DNA of 64,000 nt from a phage. Shown piece after piece: positions 1 to 9,166 of the stretch. Position 1 is the first letter of the stretch. Each line of letters begins with the position of its first letter. The translations under genes were made by a program, and so were the position numbers. Location of the stretch: sequence record PZ386957.1. One strand, 5' to 3'. Below the pieces are notes generated by a model, which saw nothing but the letters and a program-made list of their open reading frames with translations, had not been told where the DNA came from and did no database searches.

Positions 1-561
1 ACGGGTGGTTATCTTGCGGATAAAAACGAACAGATCTATAATACTGCAAGGAGCATGTATGCTGGCGCTGACCCGCGAACTAAAAACTATGTTTGGCACT
101 TAACCCCTCGTAGTATTGAAGATCTTCGAAATATACTGATTATCTACGAAACATTTTTAGAATTATCTTATGGTTCAAGTGGTATTTCCAGCACTGCAAA
201 GCAATTGAAAGCCGAAGTTGATGCATGGTATAAAAACACAATTCTTTCTAAGACGGTTCCTGATGGTGCTGATACATCAAACACGGTATTTGAAGGAATT
301 ACTGATTTTTTAACCAACGTAACCACTGTATCGAATCCGACAATTTGGATGATCTCTAATTTTGGTAAAAGATCTACCTATGAAGGAAGAAGCGATATTT
401 TCGGACCCGCTCAAATTACCAGTGTGAGACTTGATAAATCCCCTGATGGTAAATTTAATGGGTTGGCAATTTCTCCTAATTTACCTAGTACCTTTGTTCT
501 GGAAGTATCATTTAGAGAAATTCTTACTCTTTCCCGTGGTACTATATTTGGGAGTCAATAA
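1..561 (+). CDS. 48: baseplate tail-tube junction protein gp48 (5' partial; frame open from window start)
   Basis: Frame is open from position 1 with no stop; sits immediately upstream of a gp54-like ORF as in T4 (48-54-alt). Assignment is positional plus general similarity. Confidence 0.55.
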   Translation, partial: TGGYLADKNEQIYNTARSMYAGADPRTKNYVWHLTPRSIEDLRNILIIYETFLELSYGSSGISSTAKQLKAEVDAWYKNTILSKTVPDGADTSNTVFEGITDFLTNVTTVSNPTIWMISNFGKRSTYEGRSDIFGPAQITSVRLDKSPDGKFNGLAISPNLPSTFVLEVSFREILTLSRGTIFGSQ

Positions 562-1490
562 TGTTTGATTTAAATGATTTCAACGAACAAGCTGCAAACC
601 TTGATTTTCAACGTTCTAACCTATTTTCGGTGGCGTTTGCCACCGTTCCTAGTAGCAAGACGCAACAAGTTTTAGAAAATTTTGGTGGCGCTGTTTACGA
701 CCTTATTCCCGGAACTCTCAATGATGTTTTTGGTATAACTAGCGGTGAATATACCGATGCAGTAACTCATTTGGCTATACAAGGTGTGCGCAAAGTAACA
801 GGTTCCAGTGGCGTTAAAAAGTATTTGTTAGGTGCAATGTCCTCCCGTGTTGTTCAATCTCTATTGGGGCAATTCACTGTAGGTACATATGTCATGGATT
901 GGTTTAATATGGCATATCAAACAAGCGGATTGCTAGTCTATGCAGTGAAAGTGCCGGAAAATAGACTGAGCTATGAAATGGATCGTAACCATAACGCGCC
1001 AAACGTTCGTATTACCGGACGTGATTTCGACCCGCTTGTATTGAGCTTTAGAATGGACGCTAGCGCATCAAATTATAGAGCAATGCAGGATTGGGTTAAC
1101 TCGGTCGAAGATCCCGTTACAGGGCTTCGTGCGCTTCCGGTAGACGTTGAAGCAGATATTCAGGTCAACTTGCATAACCGTATGGGTGTACCTCACACTA
1201 TTATGATGTTTGGTGGTTGTATTCCTGTCGGTGTAAGTGCGCCTGAGTTGAGTTATGAAAATAACAACGAGATTACTACATTCGACGTTACCTTTGCTTA
1301 TCGTACAATGCAAGTTGGTGCGGTGGGTGAACAAGCCGCTAGAGAATGGGTTGAAGATAAGGCCATAAACCTAATTCAAAATACTATTGGTCAAGGTAAG
1401 GATAATTCATTGTCTTCTGCTGGTAGTGCATTATCTAGATTGCAAGGTGTTGGTGGTAGGGTAGTTAATACTATCACCAGATTATTTTAA
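561..1490 (+). CDS. 54: baseplate tail tube initiator gp54
   Basis: 309 aa ORF whose start overlaps the previous stop (ATGA); size and position match T4 gp54 (320 aa), followed by alt as in T4. Confidence 0.6.
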   Translation: MFDLNDFNEQAANLDFQRSNLFSVAFATVPSSKTQQVLENFGGAVYDLIPGTLNDVFGITSGEYTDAVTHLAIQGVRKVTGSSGVKKYLLGAMSSRVVQSLLGQFTVGTYVMDWFNMAYQTSGLLVYAVKVPENRLSYEMDRNHNAPNVRITGRDFDPLVLSFRMDASASNYRAMQDWVNSVEDPVTGLRALPVDVEADIQVNLHNRMGVPHTIMMFGGCIPVGVSAPELSYENNNEITTFDVTFAYRTMQVGAVGEQAAREWVEDKAINLIQNTIGQGKDNSLSSAGSALSRLQGVGGRVVNTITRLF

Positions 1491-1493
1491 TAC

Positions 1494-1521
1494 AAAAAAG
1501 GGGCATAGCGCCCCTTTTATT
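1494..1521 (+). terminator. rho-independent terminator hairpin (GGGGC-atag-GCCCC + T-run), potentially bidirectional
   Basis: aaaaaaGGGGCatagcGCCCCttttatt immediately after the gp54 stop. Confidence 0.7.
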
Positions 1522-2032
1522 ATTTGATTAGATCATCACATTGCTTACGTAGTTTATATTTGTATTCTTTAGAACGTAGCATTTGTACTTTTTCATAATC
1601 TCCTTCCTGAAATGCAGACGAGAGATCATCTTGATATGCTGCCTCCGTTCCAATAACACACATACCAAATTTACGACGTTGATCCGCTTCTTCCATAGCT
1701 TTGCGGTTCATTTCTTCAATTGAATTTTCACGACCATAATAATATTCGTAAATGCGTTTCTTCTCTGCTTCTTTATCGGCTTTAATCTTTGCGATCTGTT
1801 CTGCTGATTCCGGCTGACGGCCTAAACGCTGTAATGCCGCATCTTTCTTTTCAAGATAGTTAATCACGCAATCTTCAACACTATTGAATGGAAAACGTGG
1901 TTCTTGCTGCCATCGTGCACATGAGCGTGCAAACTCTTGTGTATTCTTAGATGCAAGTGCCAGGTCATGCACAGCGCACCCATTAAGCATAGCCACTAAA
2001 GCCGCAAGACCAATCAGTTTAATCATTTTCAT
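1520..2032 (-). CDS. putative lipoprotein
   Basis: N-terminal signal peptide MKMIKLIGLAALVAMLNGC with lipobox-like Cys; 170 aa. Confidence 0.5.
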   Translation of the reverse strand: MKMIKLIGLAALVAMLNGCAVHDLALASKNTQEFARSCARWQQEPRFPFNSVEDCVINYLEKKDAALQRLGRQPESAEQIAKIKADKEAEKKRIYEYYYGRENSIEEMNRKAMEEADQRRKFGMCVIGTEAAYQDDLSSAFQEGDYEKVQMLRSKEYKYKLRKQCDDLIK

Positions 2033-2853
2033 TTAGTCACCTCACCGAAAATTGTAAATTGTCTACGATTCTCATCACCGAAAGATTCTACTACGTCGTT
2101 TACCTTGATGCAAGTCCCACGCGGTAAAATTACTTCACATTCGCAAGGGTTCCATGCAATCGACCCAACAACAAAACCTTTATGATCTTTTACATCAATC
2201 ACCCACGAAACATTACAAGAATGTTGCATCTTTCCGGTCATTGATTCATATCGATTTTCGCAATAAAGGCTAGTGCTATTTGAAAGCCAGCCTCCAAAGA
2301 TGATCGGTGTCATGCTGGTAGATACAAAGTTTTTAAAGGTAAATTCCTTATCTTCAATAATACGCTCTATTGTCTGAATGTCAAGATGTTGACCGCGATA
2401 AAGAGTACCGTTTAACTTTTCGGTTTTATCCATGACACAATCCATCAAATCAACCATTTCTGATATTTCGTCGGTCATGTCTTCTTCCCCTAAGAGAGCA
2501 CCATTTACCCATTCGTAATGCTCGGAGATATAATCGCAGATCGCATCATACTCGGCTGGGGTAAGATTGGTGTGTCCATAATGTTTGAATACACTATCTC
2601 CGAAGTCTTCGGATTGTACTTCGTACATGACATTAATGATCTTCTTGACAAATCCATAATCTTGTGTTTCTCGCTCAAGAAAACGGATAACCTTAACGTA
2701 ATCATCAAAGTTAATATGATCGCTGATCATCTCAGTGATCATGTAACCATTAATACCCTCAATGTCATATGTTTCAATATAATTGTCCATACGTTCCATC
2801 ATGGTTTCGCGTGCTTCTTCTGAAAGACGAAAACCCTGTAATTGTTTGAACAT
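2029..2853 (-). CDS. ADP-ribosyltransferase, Alt-like paralog (R-S-E type)
   Basis: ART triad visible: YRG ... FKNFVSTS ... PCECEVILP; same motifs as the adjacent Alt. Confidence 0.7.
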   Translation of the reverse strand: MFKQLQGFRLSEEARETMMERMDNYIETYDIEGINGYMITEMISDHINFDDYVKVIRFLERETQDYGFVKKIINVMYEVQSEDFGDSVFKHYGHTNLTPAEYDAICDYISEHYEWVNGALLGEEDMTDEISEMVDLMDCVMDKTEKLNGTLYRGQHLDIQTIERIIEDKEFTFKNFVSTSMTPIIFGGWLSNSTSLYCENRYESMTGKMQHSCNVSWVIDVKDHKGFVVGSIAWNPCECEVILPRGTCIKVNDVVESFGDENRRQFTIFGEVTK

Positions 2854-2931
2854 TTTAAACCTCCCATATAACAGAAAACGGGGCTAGTATAAAACTAGTC
2901 CCCGTTTGAGTCAACCATTATTTCTTAAAAA

Positions 2932-4983
2932 TTACATTTTAAATTTATCTGGCATTGCGTCTACAGATACCAGATCAGCAATAAGCTGGCGTAGAGTTGC
3001 TTTGTCTGCTTTCTTGCGTTCTGTCTTAGCTTCGGTAATAAAGCTGGAGAAAGACAGGTCAGAAGCAGGTTTAACAACACCTTCACGGATGAATGCATCA
3101 CCGTCCGCGATCATCTCGCCAGATTCTTGTAATGCTGCCAGTTCATTTTTGGTCATAATATGTGCCTCAATGTAATAAGTTTCTTGTGAATCCGTCGATG
3201 CCGTAGCACGAGTTACCGTATCAAAGGATAACACAACACCGCGAGGAAGTAAAATCTCGCATTCTTTGTAAGCAAATGCTTTGTTACCTACTGGCAATAC
3301 AGGGATGTTTTCCGCGCCAGCAATGGAGAAAGCAACATTAGCGCCACCTTCACCGCGAGATCCAGCCATAGAATCAACACCAGCAACGGCACTAGCCACG
3401 TTTGCATTCCAGCCACCAAAGATATTAGGTGCAAGGGATGTGCTCACATAGTTTTTAAAGTAAAACGCTTTTTGCTTACGTGCAGTTTCCCACATTTGCG
3501 ACCGGAAGTCCATACCACGATACAGAATAGTACCCGGATCAAGTTTAACTCCATAGTTAGCGAAGGCATTATCCAGTGCATCACACATCTTGACCAATTC
3601 TTCTGGATCTGCTACACCTTCAAACTCTTCCAGTTTTCGATCTGTCAGGAAGTTGTTCATGTTAATGTATGCTGCATCGGCGTATTCGCTTAATACAAAA
3701 CCTTCCGCACCTGGTAGGTCAAGATCAATATCTGCCATCATTTCACCCATGTTGCTAGCAATTGCTTCAAACATACCGGAAGCAACATTACGCAGGGCAT
3801 CGGTTTTAATCTGGGTGATATGACTACGCAGCATTTCAGCTTTTATGTCTGCTGGCATAGCCGGATCTACTCGGTCCATTGCAAGGGCAGTGATCTTGTT
3901 TTCGAATACTTCCTCGCTCATGATTTCTTTTAAGCGTTTAATTGATGCCGCGATAACTTCCGCAGACAACGGATCATATTGGTCCTGAACTTTTACCAGT
4001 TCACTTACTGCGTATTTTGCATCGGCTTCGCTTTCAAAGATAGTACGCATAAAGCCATAGCGAGTGATAATATCACTTGTCCAGTCATTCAAAGAACGGG
4101 CGGTTGAACGTTCTAAGGCTTGACGATCGATCAGAGTATTAAACTGTTTCTTCGGTTCCGCTTCGGTAATGTCTTCTTCCGGTTTAAGATTAATTTTTTC
4201 TGGATGATTGACATAATCACCGTTATATGTCGCTTGAGTTTTCAGCATTTCTTCTTTAGTCAAACGAGATTTAGCCGCTACGCGTTGTTCCGCTTCCGCG
4301 TTTCGTTCTTCTTCTGCTGCAAGGCTAGCCGCATATGCTTCATCTTTAGTAAGAGATTCGCCAGTAGCTTTAGATACCCAGCGATCACCTAAATCACTTT
4401 CTACTTTAGTGAACAAGGACTCATCCAGTTTAATCCCTTTAATCTTATCAATCGCCATCCCTCGACGCTTGACAACAACTAAAGCGATCTTTTTGCTGGT
4501 CATTACTTCCTGCTGGAATACTTCAAACTTCGGAGTACGACGCACTAAACGCTCTATAACTCGTTTAACCAGTTCGGTCTTGCCTTTCATACGGGAAACA
4601 TTAAAACGGAACATAACAGCGTCTAATTGAGCTTTACGGGCGGTTTCCATCACCACATCAAAAGCACTTGCCATAACAGCAATCGGGTTATCGCCTAGAC
4701 CATTTTTAAGCTGTACAATTCGACCGCTTTTATTCATCTCACACAGGACCACATGCGCGGTTTTATCACCCACGCGAATAATTTTAGGTGTTTTGTTGGT
4801 GAAGTTGCAAAGACGAACAATCACATCTTTATCGCGTGTCTGTACTGCAAAAAGCTGTTTTGGGTTCTGCTTCGGCTTTAGGCACTGTACAGGGGCAATG
4901 CTACCAAAGTTTTCTTCCTCTTCTGTTAACAGCCATTTCTCAAAAGATTCAATCATTAGATCGTCGATTTCTAAGTTAAACAT
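2932..4983 (-). CDS. alt: ADP-ribosyltransferase Alt (packaged, modifies host RNA polymerase)
   Basis: 683 aa (T4 Alt 682 aa); C-terminal ART motifs YRGMDF / YVSTSL / KECEILLP; located after gene 54 as in T4. Confidence 0.85.
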   Translation of the reverse strand: MFNLEIDDLMIESFEKWLLTEEEENFGSIAPVQCLKPKQNPKQLFAVQTRDKDVIVRLCNFTNKTPKIIRVGDKTAHVVLCEMNKSGRIVQLKNGLGDNPIAVMASAFDVVMETARKAQLDAVMFRFNVSRMKGKTELVKRVIERLVRRTPKFEVFQQEVMTSKKIALVVVKRRGMAIDKIKGIKLDESLFTKVESDLGDRWVSKATGESLTKDEAYAASLAAEEERNAEAEQRVAAKSRLTKEEMLKTQATYNGDYVNHPEKINLKPEEDITEAEPKKQFNTLIDRQALERSTARSLNDWTSDIITRYGFMRTIFESEADAKYAVSELVKVQDQYDPLSAEVIAASIKRLKEIMSEEVFENKITALAMDRVDPAMPADIKAEMLRSHITQIKTDALRNVASGMFEAIASNMGEMMADIDLDLPGAEGFVLSEYADAAYINMNNFLTDRKLEEFEGVADPEELVKMCDALDNAFANYGVKLDPGTILYRGMDFRSQMWETARKQKAFYFKNYVSTSLAPNIFGGWNANVASAVAGVDSMAGSRGEGGANVAFSIAGAENIPVLPVGNKAFAYKECEILLPRGVVLSFDTVTRATASTDSQETYYIEAHIMTKNELAALQESGEMIADGDAFIREGVVKPASDLSFSSFITEAKTERKKADKATLRQLIADLVSVDAMPDKFKM

Positions 4984-5047
4984 TTTATATCCTCTAGTTG
5001 ATAACCTATAAACCTATATTTATGAAAAAGGGGCTTTACGCCCCATT

Positions 5048-5225
5048 AAAACATCTTAGAAATTAATTCTGCTTTGATTTCGCAGAGAACATCTAAAGAT
5101 TTCTCGTCACCTGCTTTTGCTGCTTCTGCTTGCATTTTTGAAATGGCTTCGAGGTCGGTGCAATTATAAGCCGCCTGAACTTTAGCGATTGCGATGATTG
5201 CAGATTCGATTGTTAAGTGTTTCAT
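5048..5225 (-). CDS. small hypothetical protein (~58 aa, below ORF-track cutoff)
   Basis: ATG at 5225 preceded by a consensus early promoter (TTGACA-17-TATAAT); hand-translated MKHLTIESAIIAIAKVQAAYN...; followed by a hairpin terminator near 5026-5046. Confidence 0.3.
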
Positions 5226-5257
5226 GTTTGATTCTCCTTTCGTTTCGGTATGTGTGC

Positions 5258-5286
5258 ATTATAGGGGATCGGTGATCCCCTGTCAA
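5258..5286 (-). promoter_or_regulatory. sigma70-type early promoter with palindromic spacer (TTGACA-GGGGATCaccGATCCCC-TATAAT)
   Basis: Perfect -35 and -10 hexamers separated by a 17-nt spacer that is an inverted repeat containing two GATC sites. Confidence 0.75.
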
Positions 5287-5293
5287 CAACTTT

Positions 5294-5848
5294 TTAGTTA
5301 TTTTTTAATTGCTCATCTTGCAATAATGCAATCACATGCTGGCGATGTTCTTCCGATTGAGGCACACCGAAAAAGTTTGTTTTGTAGAAATATTCTAATC
5401 GATCTTCTCGTGTGCTCTCTTCCATCATGATAGCTGGTAGACCAAGATTGCGAAAACGTCGCTTTTCTGCTGGCGTAAAATCGCTGTAATACAACATAGA
5501 ATCATCATTACCAGCAATGCTAAACTCATCCTTCATGAAAGAGAATATTGCGTTTAAACGCTGTTTACCGTCCACGATTTCGATCTCATAGCGAGAGCCA
5601 TCATCAATCTTAGCCATTGCGATAGCGCCTACCGGAAAATCATTAATAAGGTTTTCGACAAACATGCGTTTGTTTTCTGTATTCCATACCAACTCACGCT
5701 GATAATCTGGGTTCATGTTGATATAGCCATCTTCTAACCATGCCTCATAGACAGAGATGACAAAGTTTTTAGTATTGGTATAGTAACGGCGTTTAGGCGT
5801 TAAACGGTTCATATTATAGTCTCCTGAATGGATCATCACGTAGGTCAA
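5294..5848 (-). CDS. DUF262 / ParB-like NTPase-nuclease domain protein
   Basis: Motifs NPDYQRELVW ... FPVGAIAMAKIDDGSRYEIEIVDGKQRL match the ParB/Srx-fold DUF262 signature (DGQQR-type). Confidence 0.55.
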   Translation of the reverse strand: MTYVMIHSGDYNMNRLTPKRRYYTNTKNFVISVYEAWLEDGYINMNPDYQRELVWNTENKRMFVENLINDFPVGAIAMAKIDDGSRYEIEIVDGKQRLNAIFSFMKDEFSIAGNDDSMLYYSDFTPAEKRRFRNLGLPAIMMEESTREDRLEYFYKTNFFGVPQSEEHRQHVIALLQDEQLKNN

Positions 5849-6146
5849 TATCTTTTAAGAACTCATCCCATGAATGCCGGATATTGTTCTTAGTTCTCCA
5901 GATAAGAGCAGGAATCGAACGCTCTCCCATCTGGAAGTAAGGATCATATGATCCATATGCCCAATATGCTACTACAATTCCACAATCAGCGCAATAGTAT
6001 TCTATTTCACTTGCTGGCGACCAAAGACCATCAATATGATCGGTGATCTTGCTTTCGATGTTATGGCTATGACAATCAGGGCAACGGATGCAATGACCTT
6101 GTTTATCGTAATTTGACGTTAGCGAATACTTGAATAATCTCATCAT
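5814..6146 (-). CDS. small zinc-finger protein
   Basis: CIRCPDCHSH ... CADCG cysteine pairs; 110 aa. Confidence 0.4.
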   Translation of the reverse strand: MMRLFKYSLTSNYDKQGHCIRCPDCHSHNIESKITDHIDGLWSPASEIEYYCADCGIVVAYWAYGSYDPYFQMGERSIPALIWRTKNNIRHSWDEFLKDIDLRDDPFRRL

Positions 6147-6859
6147 AGATCCTTATTGGCTTCAAATACTGCCTTTGCAAATCCGCGCGGGGTAAGTGAC
6201 CGGATAGTCTTTGTTCTGGTTCCTTTCCCGCCTAGCTTAGAATGCTGTTTACTGTACCCTTTCTCAATTGGTATCGGTTTCTTTTCTGGCATTATAAAGC
6301 CTTGTCCAGTCCATAGGCAAGTCTTTTTAGGATACATGTCACGGGCGGCGATATAATCAGGGAAGGTCGGATGTATATCATCTTCCGGTAAATATCCGCC
6401 ATATTCCCACGGGTGGAACATATAATCGGGTTTACGCCACATGCTAGAGATAACGCTTACAGGATTCTCTATCATGTAGGGAACGCCCAACCATTCGCCC
6501 AAATAAGCCGATATTTTCGCTGTTTGTACATCTCTGTGTTGAATGAGTGGACCTAGAGTTTTTCTCTTACGTTCAAAGTGTGCAGCACCACTAACCGCTA
6601 AATTTGAACAGCTAGGAAATGCAAAAATCATATCCGGTTTGCCCCATTCAAGATCCATTGCTCTTTCTAGCCAATCCAAATCAATCCAGGTGTTTACATA
6701 GGTAATGTTTGGATGCTCAAATCGGGTATTATACTTTTTGTATGTACCGTGGTCGCCATCGTCAGCATTAAAGCAGATCACCTTATGACCTGCTTTAGCC
6801 CATTCTAGCCCCATTATCCCCGATCCGTCAAAGTTGCAGAATATTAATTTTTGTTTCAC
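6143..6859 (-). CDS. minimal C5-cytosine methyltransferase-like protein (no obvious target-recognition domain)
   Basis: Motif I-like FCNFDGSGIMG, motif IV-like FPSCSNLAVSG (P-S-C instead of P-C-Q), motif VI-like MIENPVSV, with canonical spacing; only 238 aa. Confidence 0.4.
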   Translation of the reverse strand: MKQKLIFCNFDGSGIMGLEWAKAGHKVICFNADDGDHGTYKKYNTRFEHPNITYVNTWIDLDWLERAMDLEWGKPDMIFAFPSCSNLAVSGAAHFERKRKTLGPLIQHRDVQTAKISAYLGEWLGVPYMIENPVSVISSMWRKPDYMFHPWEYGGYLPEDDIHPTFPDYIAARDMYPKKTCLWTGQGFIMPEKKPIPIEKGYSKQHSKLGGKGTRTKTIRSLTPRGFAKAVFEANKDL

Positions 6860-7107
6860 GCTGCCCCCATTGGTTTGATAGTAACAGAATCTAAAAGACC
6901 TTTGTTAGCCAGTTCGCGGCAAGTTTTCAGATCCGCAACTTCCCAGCCAGCCGCAATCAGATTATCGATGAGGCTGTTAGCAACGTATTCGCTCATGAAA
7001 GAGCACTGTTTGCCGATGGTGTAGCGTACACGCTGTAATTTAAGTTTACGGAAGCCTTTAACGTTCAGGTCTTTAGCGATTTTCTTTGCGGTTTCGATGT
7101 TAGCCAT
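6856..7107 (-). CDS. hypothetical early protein
   Basis: 83 aa ORF with SD and upstream early promoter cassette (palindromic spacer). Confidence 0.45.
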   Translation of the reverse strand: MANIETAKKIAKDLNVKGFRKLKLQRVRYTIGKQCSFMSEYVANSLIDNLIAAGWEVADLKTCRELANKGLLDSVTIKPMGAA

Positions 7108-7147
7108 TGTTTGATTCTCCTAAGTGGTATCTCGTCTTGATGTGTGT

Positions 7148-7176
7148 ATTATAGGGGATCTCCCGATCCCCGTCAA
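7148..7176 (-). promoter_or_regulatory. early promoter with palindromic spacer (TTGACG-GGGGATCgggaGATCCCC-TATAAT)
   Basis: Same architecture, upstream of ORF 6856..7107. Confidence 0.7.
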
Positions 7177-7190
7177 CAACTTTTTTAAAA

Positions 7191-7472
7191 TTATTCGTGA
7201 TTAGTTTCGATGTTATACATTTTGCACCAGTTCAGCCAATCACCCAGATCCTGATAGTTGATGCTTTTATCTGCTGCCATCGTTTTTGTCTTGATACCCA
7301 TATGTGCGTTATGAGTAACCATTTTTACAGTGAACTCAATTTTATCGCCTTTGGCCTTAACATCAACCAGTTTGGTCCACTGGCTACCAGCGCCGCGAAT
7401 GTTCATACCAACGATGTTTCCGATGTATGCTTCTTTGTTTTTCAGGATTTCGGTTGCTTTGATGAATTTCAT
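7191..7472 (-). CDS. hypothetical early protein
   Basis: 93 aa ORF preceded by promoter cassette. Confidence 0.45.
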   Translation of the reverse strand: MKFIKATEILKNKEAYIGNIVGMNIRGAGSQWTKLVDVKAKGDKIEFTVKMVTHNAHMGIKTKTMAADKSINYQDLGDWLNWCKMYNIETNHE

Positions 7473-7542
7473 TTTTGATTCTCCAGTTCGTTTCGGTATG
7501 GGTGTATTATGCTATGTTCTTACTTTGGTGTCAACAACTTTT

Positions 7543-7812
7543 TTAGATATTTTCAGAAATAAATTTTAAAACTTGACGTAAATGTTTCTCATCTTTGATA
7601 GTCGCCGGAAGTTCTTCTTTTACTTCCTGTGCAAGATAGATATTGCCGTTCCAAGTGAAAGATCCGTCTTCGTTTACGCGGTAGCTGAACATCCACTCGC
7701 AATCATTTTCGACTTCATAAACACACAGAAGGGTGTAATCATTAAAGTTATTGATTTCAAGGTCGAGGCCGTGACGTTTTGCAAAGTTGGTAGTGGTTTT
7801 AGTCAATGCCAT
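7543..7812 (-). CDS. hypothetical early protein
   Basis: 89 aa ORF preceded by promoter cassette. Confidence 0.45.
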   Translation of the reverse strand: MALTKTTTNFAKRHGLDLEINNFNDYTLLCVYEVENDCEWMFSYRVNEDGSFTWNGNIYLAQEVKEELPATIKDEKHLRQVLKFISENI

Positions 7813-7910
7813 TGTTTGATTCTCCTAAGTAGTATCTCGTTTCGATGGGTGTATTATGATATAGGCGTGATCTGGTGTCAACAACTTTTTTAAAATTTAG
7901 GCAATAAAAA

Positions 7911-7928
7911 GCCGACACTAAGGTCGGC
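7911..7928 (-). terminator. hairpin terminator GCCGACactaaGGTCGGC (repeated copy 1)
   Basis: Identical hairpin and flanks recur at 8411..8428; T-run follows on the - strand. Confidence 0.6.
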
Positions 7929-7933
7929 ACATT

Positions 7934-8251
7934 TTAAAAATTCTTGCTATATATGCAAGCCTCATAATCTAGAGGATGACCGCCAATCCTACCAGGCTTA
8001 ATATTCCAACCGCATCGATATTTGCTGACCATGCTAACCGTTTCGGTTCTTAGAGCATTTCTTTGCAAATCATACCCCCTAAATTCTTGTCTATAAGGAC
8101 AGTCCGCTTTGCAAGTTGGCGGTTCTACGTCATTTAGCGGGTCAGAAGCAGTTGGCTTTATTATCAATTCTTTGTTTGCAATAATCATAAGCACATCCCA
8201 TTGAAGGCAATTTAACATCTTCGCAATAAGTGTTGAATCCGTCAAATACAA
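7934..8251 (-). CDS. hypothetical protein (start uncertain; overlaps next ORF)
   Basis: 105 aa ORF overlapping 8142..8336 in another frame; several Cys residues. Confidence 0.3.
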   Translation of the reverse strand: MYLTDSTLIAKMLNCLQWDVLMIIANKELIIKPTASDPLNDVEPPTCKADCPYRQEFRGYDLQRNALRTETVSMVSKYRCGWNIKPGRIGGHPLDYEACIYSKNF

Positions 8252-8336
8252 TCACTTCGTATTTGACTCCATCGGCGATAGCTTTTACTTTATACCATCC
8301 ATGCTTGTATAAAATCTTCATCTTTATTTCCCTCAA
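8142..8336 (-). CDS. hypothetical small protein
   Basis: 64 aa; SD GAGGGA upstream of ATG and promoter cassette directly upstream. Confidence 0.4.
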   Translation of the reverse strand: MREIKMKILYKHGWYKVKAIADGVKYEVIVFDGFNTYCEDVKLPSMGCAYDYCKQRIDNKANCF

Positions 8337-8354
8337 TCTCGTTTCGATGGGTGT

Positions 8355-8383
8355 ATTATGCTATACACAGGATCTAGTGTCAA
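8355..8383 (-). promoter_or_regulatory. early promoter (TTGACA-17-CATAAT), representative of the non-palindromic cassette
   Basis: Conserved block gtgtattatgctatac...tgtcaacaacttttt recurs at more than 15 sites in the window. Confidence 0.65.
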
Positions 8384-8410
8384 CAACTTTTTAAAATTTT
8401 ATGCAATAAA

Positions 8411-8428
8411 AAGCCGACACTAAGGTCG
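8411..8428 (-). terminator. hairpin terminator GCCGACactaaGGTCGGC (repeated copy 2)
   Basis: Duplicate of 7911..7928 including the flanking aataaaaa tract. Confidence 0.6.
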
Positions 8429-8438
8429 GCTAATAAAA

Positions 8439-8747
8439 TCATTTAGACAAATAATCATTCTGTGCAATCCGGTCAGCATGTTCCGGCGTTACGTCAATCG
8501 CAATCACTTTAACGCGTGCTTTCTTGCGACCTGGGTTTTCTCGTAACCAGTGCTCATGACCGTGAACATTTTTATACTGCGATGCTTCTTCGAAGGTACG
8601 GATCGGACCTGGGTAATCAGCGTAAAGGATCTCTAGATCTTCGGTGATGTAAAAATATACATCGTAATTGCTGTTCTCTAGCTTAAGCAGAGACTTTCGG
8701 AACATTGGGAGATTTTCGCGGGTAAATTCAAAGATATTATCTTTCAT
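8439..8747 (-). CDS. H-x-H-W family small protein (paralog 1 of 6)
   Basis: ...HGHEHWL...VIAIDVTPEHADR; shares motif layout with five neighbouring ORFs. Confidence 0.5.
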   Translation of the reverse strand: MKDNIFEFTRENLPMFRKSLLKLENSNYDVYFYITEDLEILYADYPGPIRTFEEASQYKNVHGHEHWLRENPGRKKARVKVIAIDVTPEHADRIAQNDYLSK

Positions 8748-8797
8748 AGTATTATCCTCAATAGTTGGATGAAAAGGGGGCTTAACGCCCCCATATA

Positions 8798-9085
8798 TTA
8801 AAACAGCCCTTCCTGTACACCGTAGTAGAGTTCGTCACTGATAATTTCATTAATGCGACGGTGTGCATATTCCTGATTTGCGAAGTTGTCAGCAAGTTCT
8901 ACTTTAGTTTCGCCGTCATGAGTCCATTTAGTGATAACTTTACCATCTGCAAATTTGAAGTTGAACTCTTTAGCTACTGCATCGCGTACCAGACGTGCAA
9001 ACTTGTTGTTACGGATTGCATTATCGGTTTCGTGTGCAGCGTGAGCAAATTTGTTAACTTTCAGCGTGATAGTGATGTATGCCAT
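8798..9085 (-). CDS. hypothetical early protein
   Basis: 95 aa ORF with SD, preceded by promoter cassette. Confidence 0.45.
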   Translation of the reverse strand: MAYITITLKVNKFAHAAHETDNAIRNNKFARLVRDAVAKEFNFKFADGKVITKWTHDGETKVELADNFANQEYAHRRINEIISDELYYGVQEGLF

Positions 9086-9166
9086 AATTTGATTCTCCTA
9101 GTTAGAAAGTGTATCTCGTTTCGATGGGTGTATTATGCTATACACCCGATCTTATGTCAACACTTT

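Noticed and set aside
1068-4630. Antisense or alternative-frame ORFs inside large genes (e.g. 1068..1334, 2505..2708, 2518..2823, 3472..3693, 3590..3823, 4120..4392, 4409..4630)
   Set aside because: They lie wholly within well-supported genes (gp54, alt paralog, alt) on the opposite strand or another frame, lack SD sequences and promoters, and have low-complexity composition. Treated as shadow ORFs. The same applies to similar internal ORFs listed inside gp34, gp37, rIIA, nrdA, gp39 and others.
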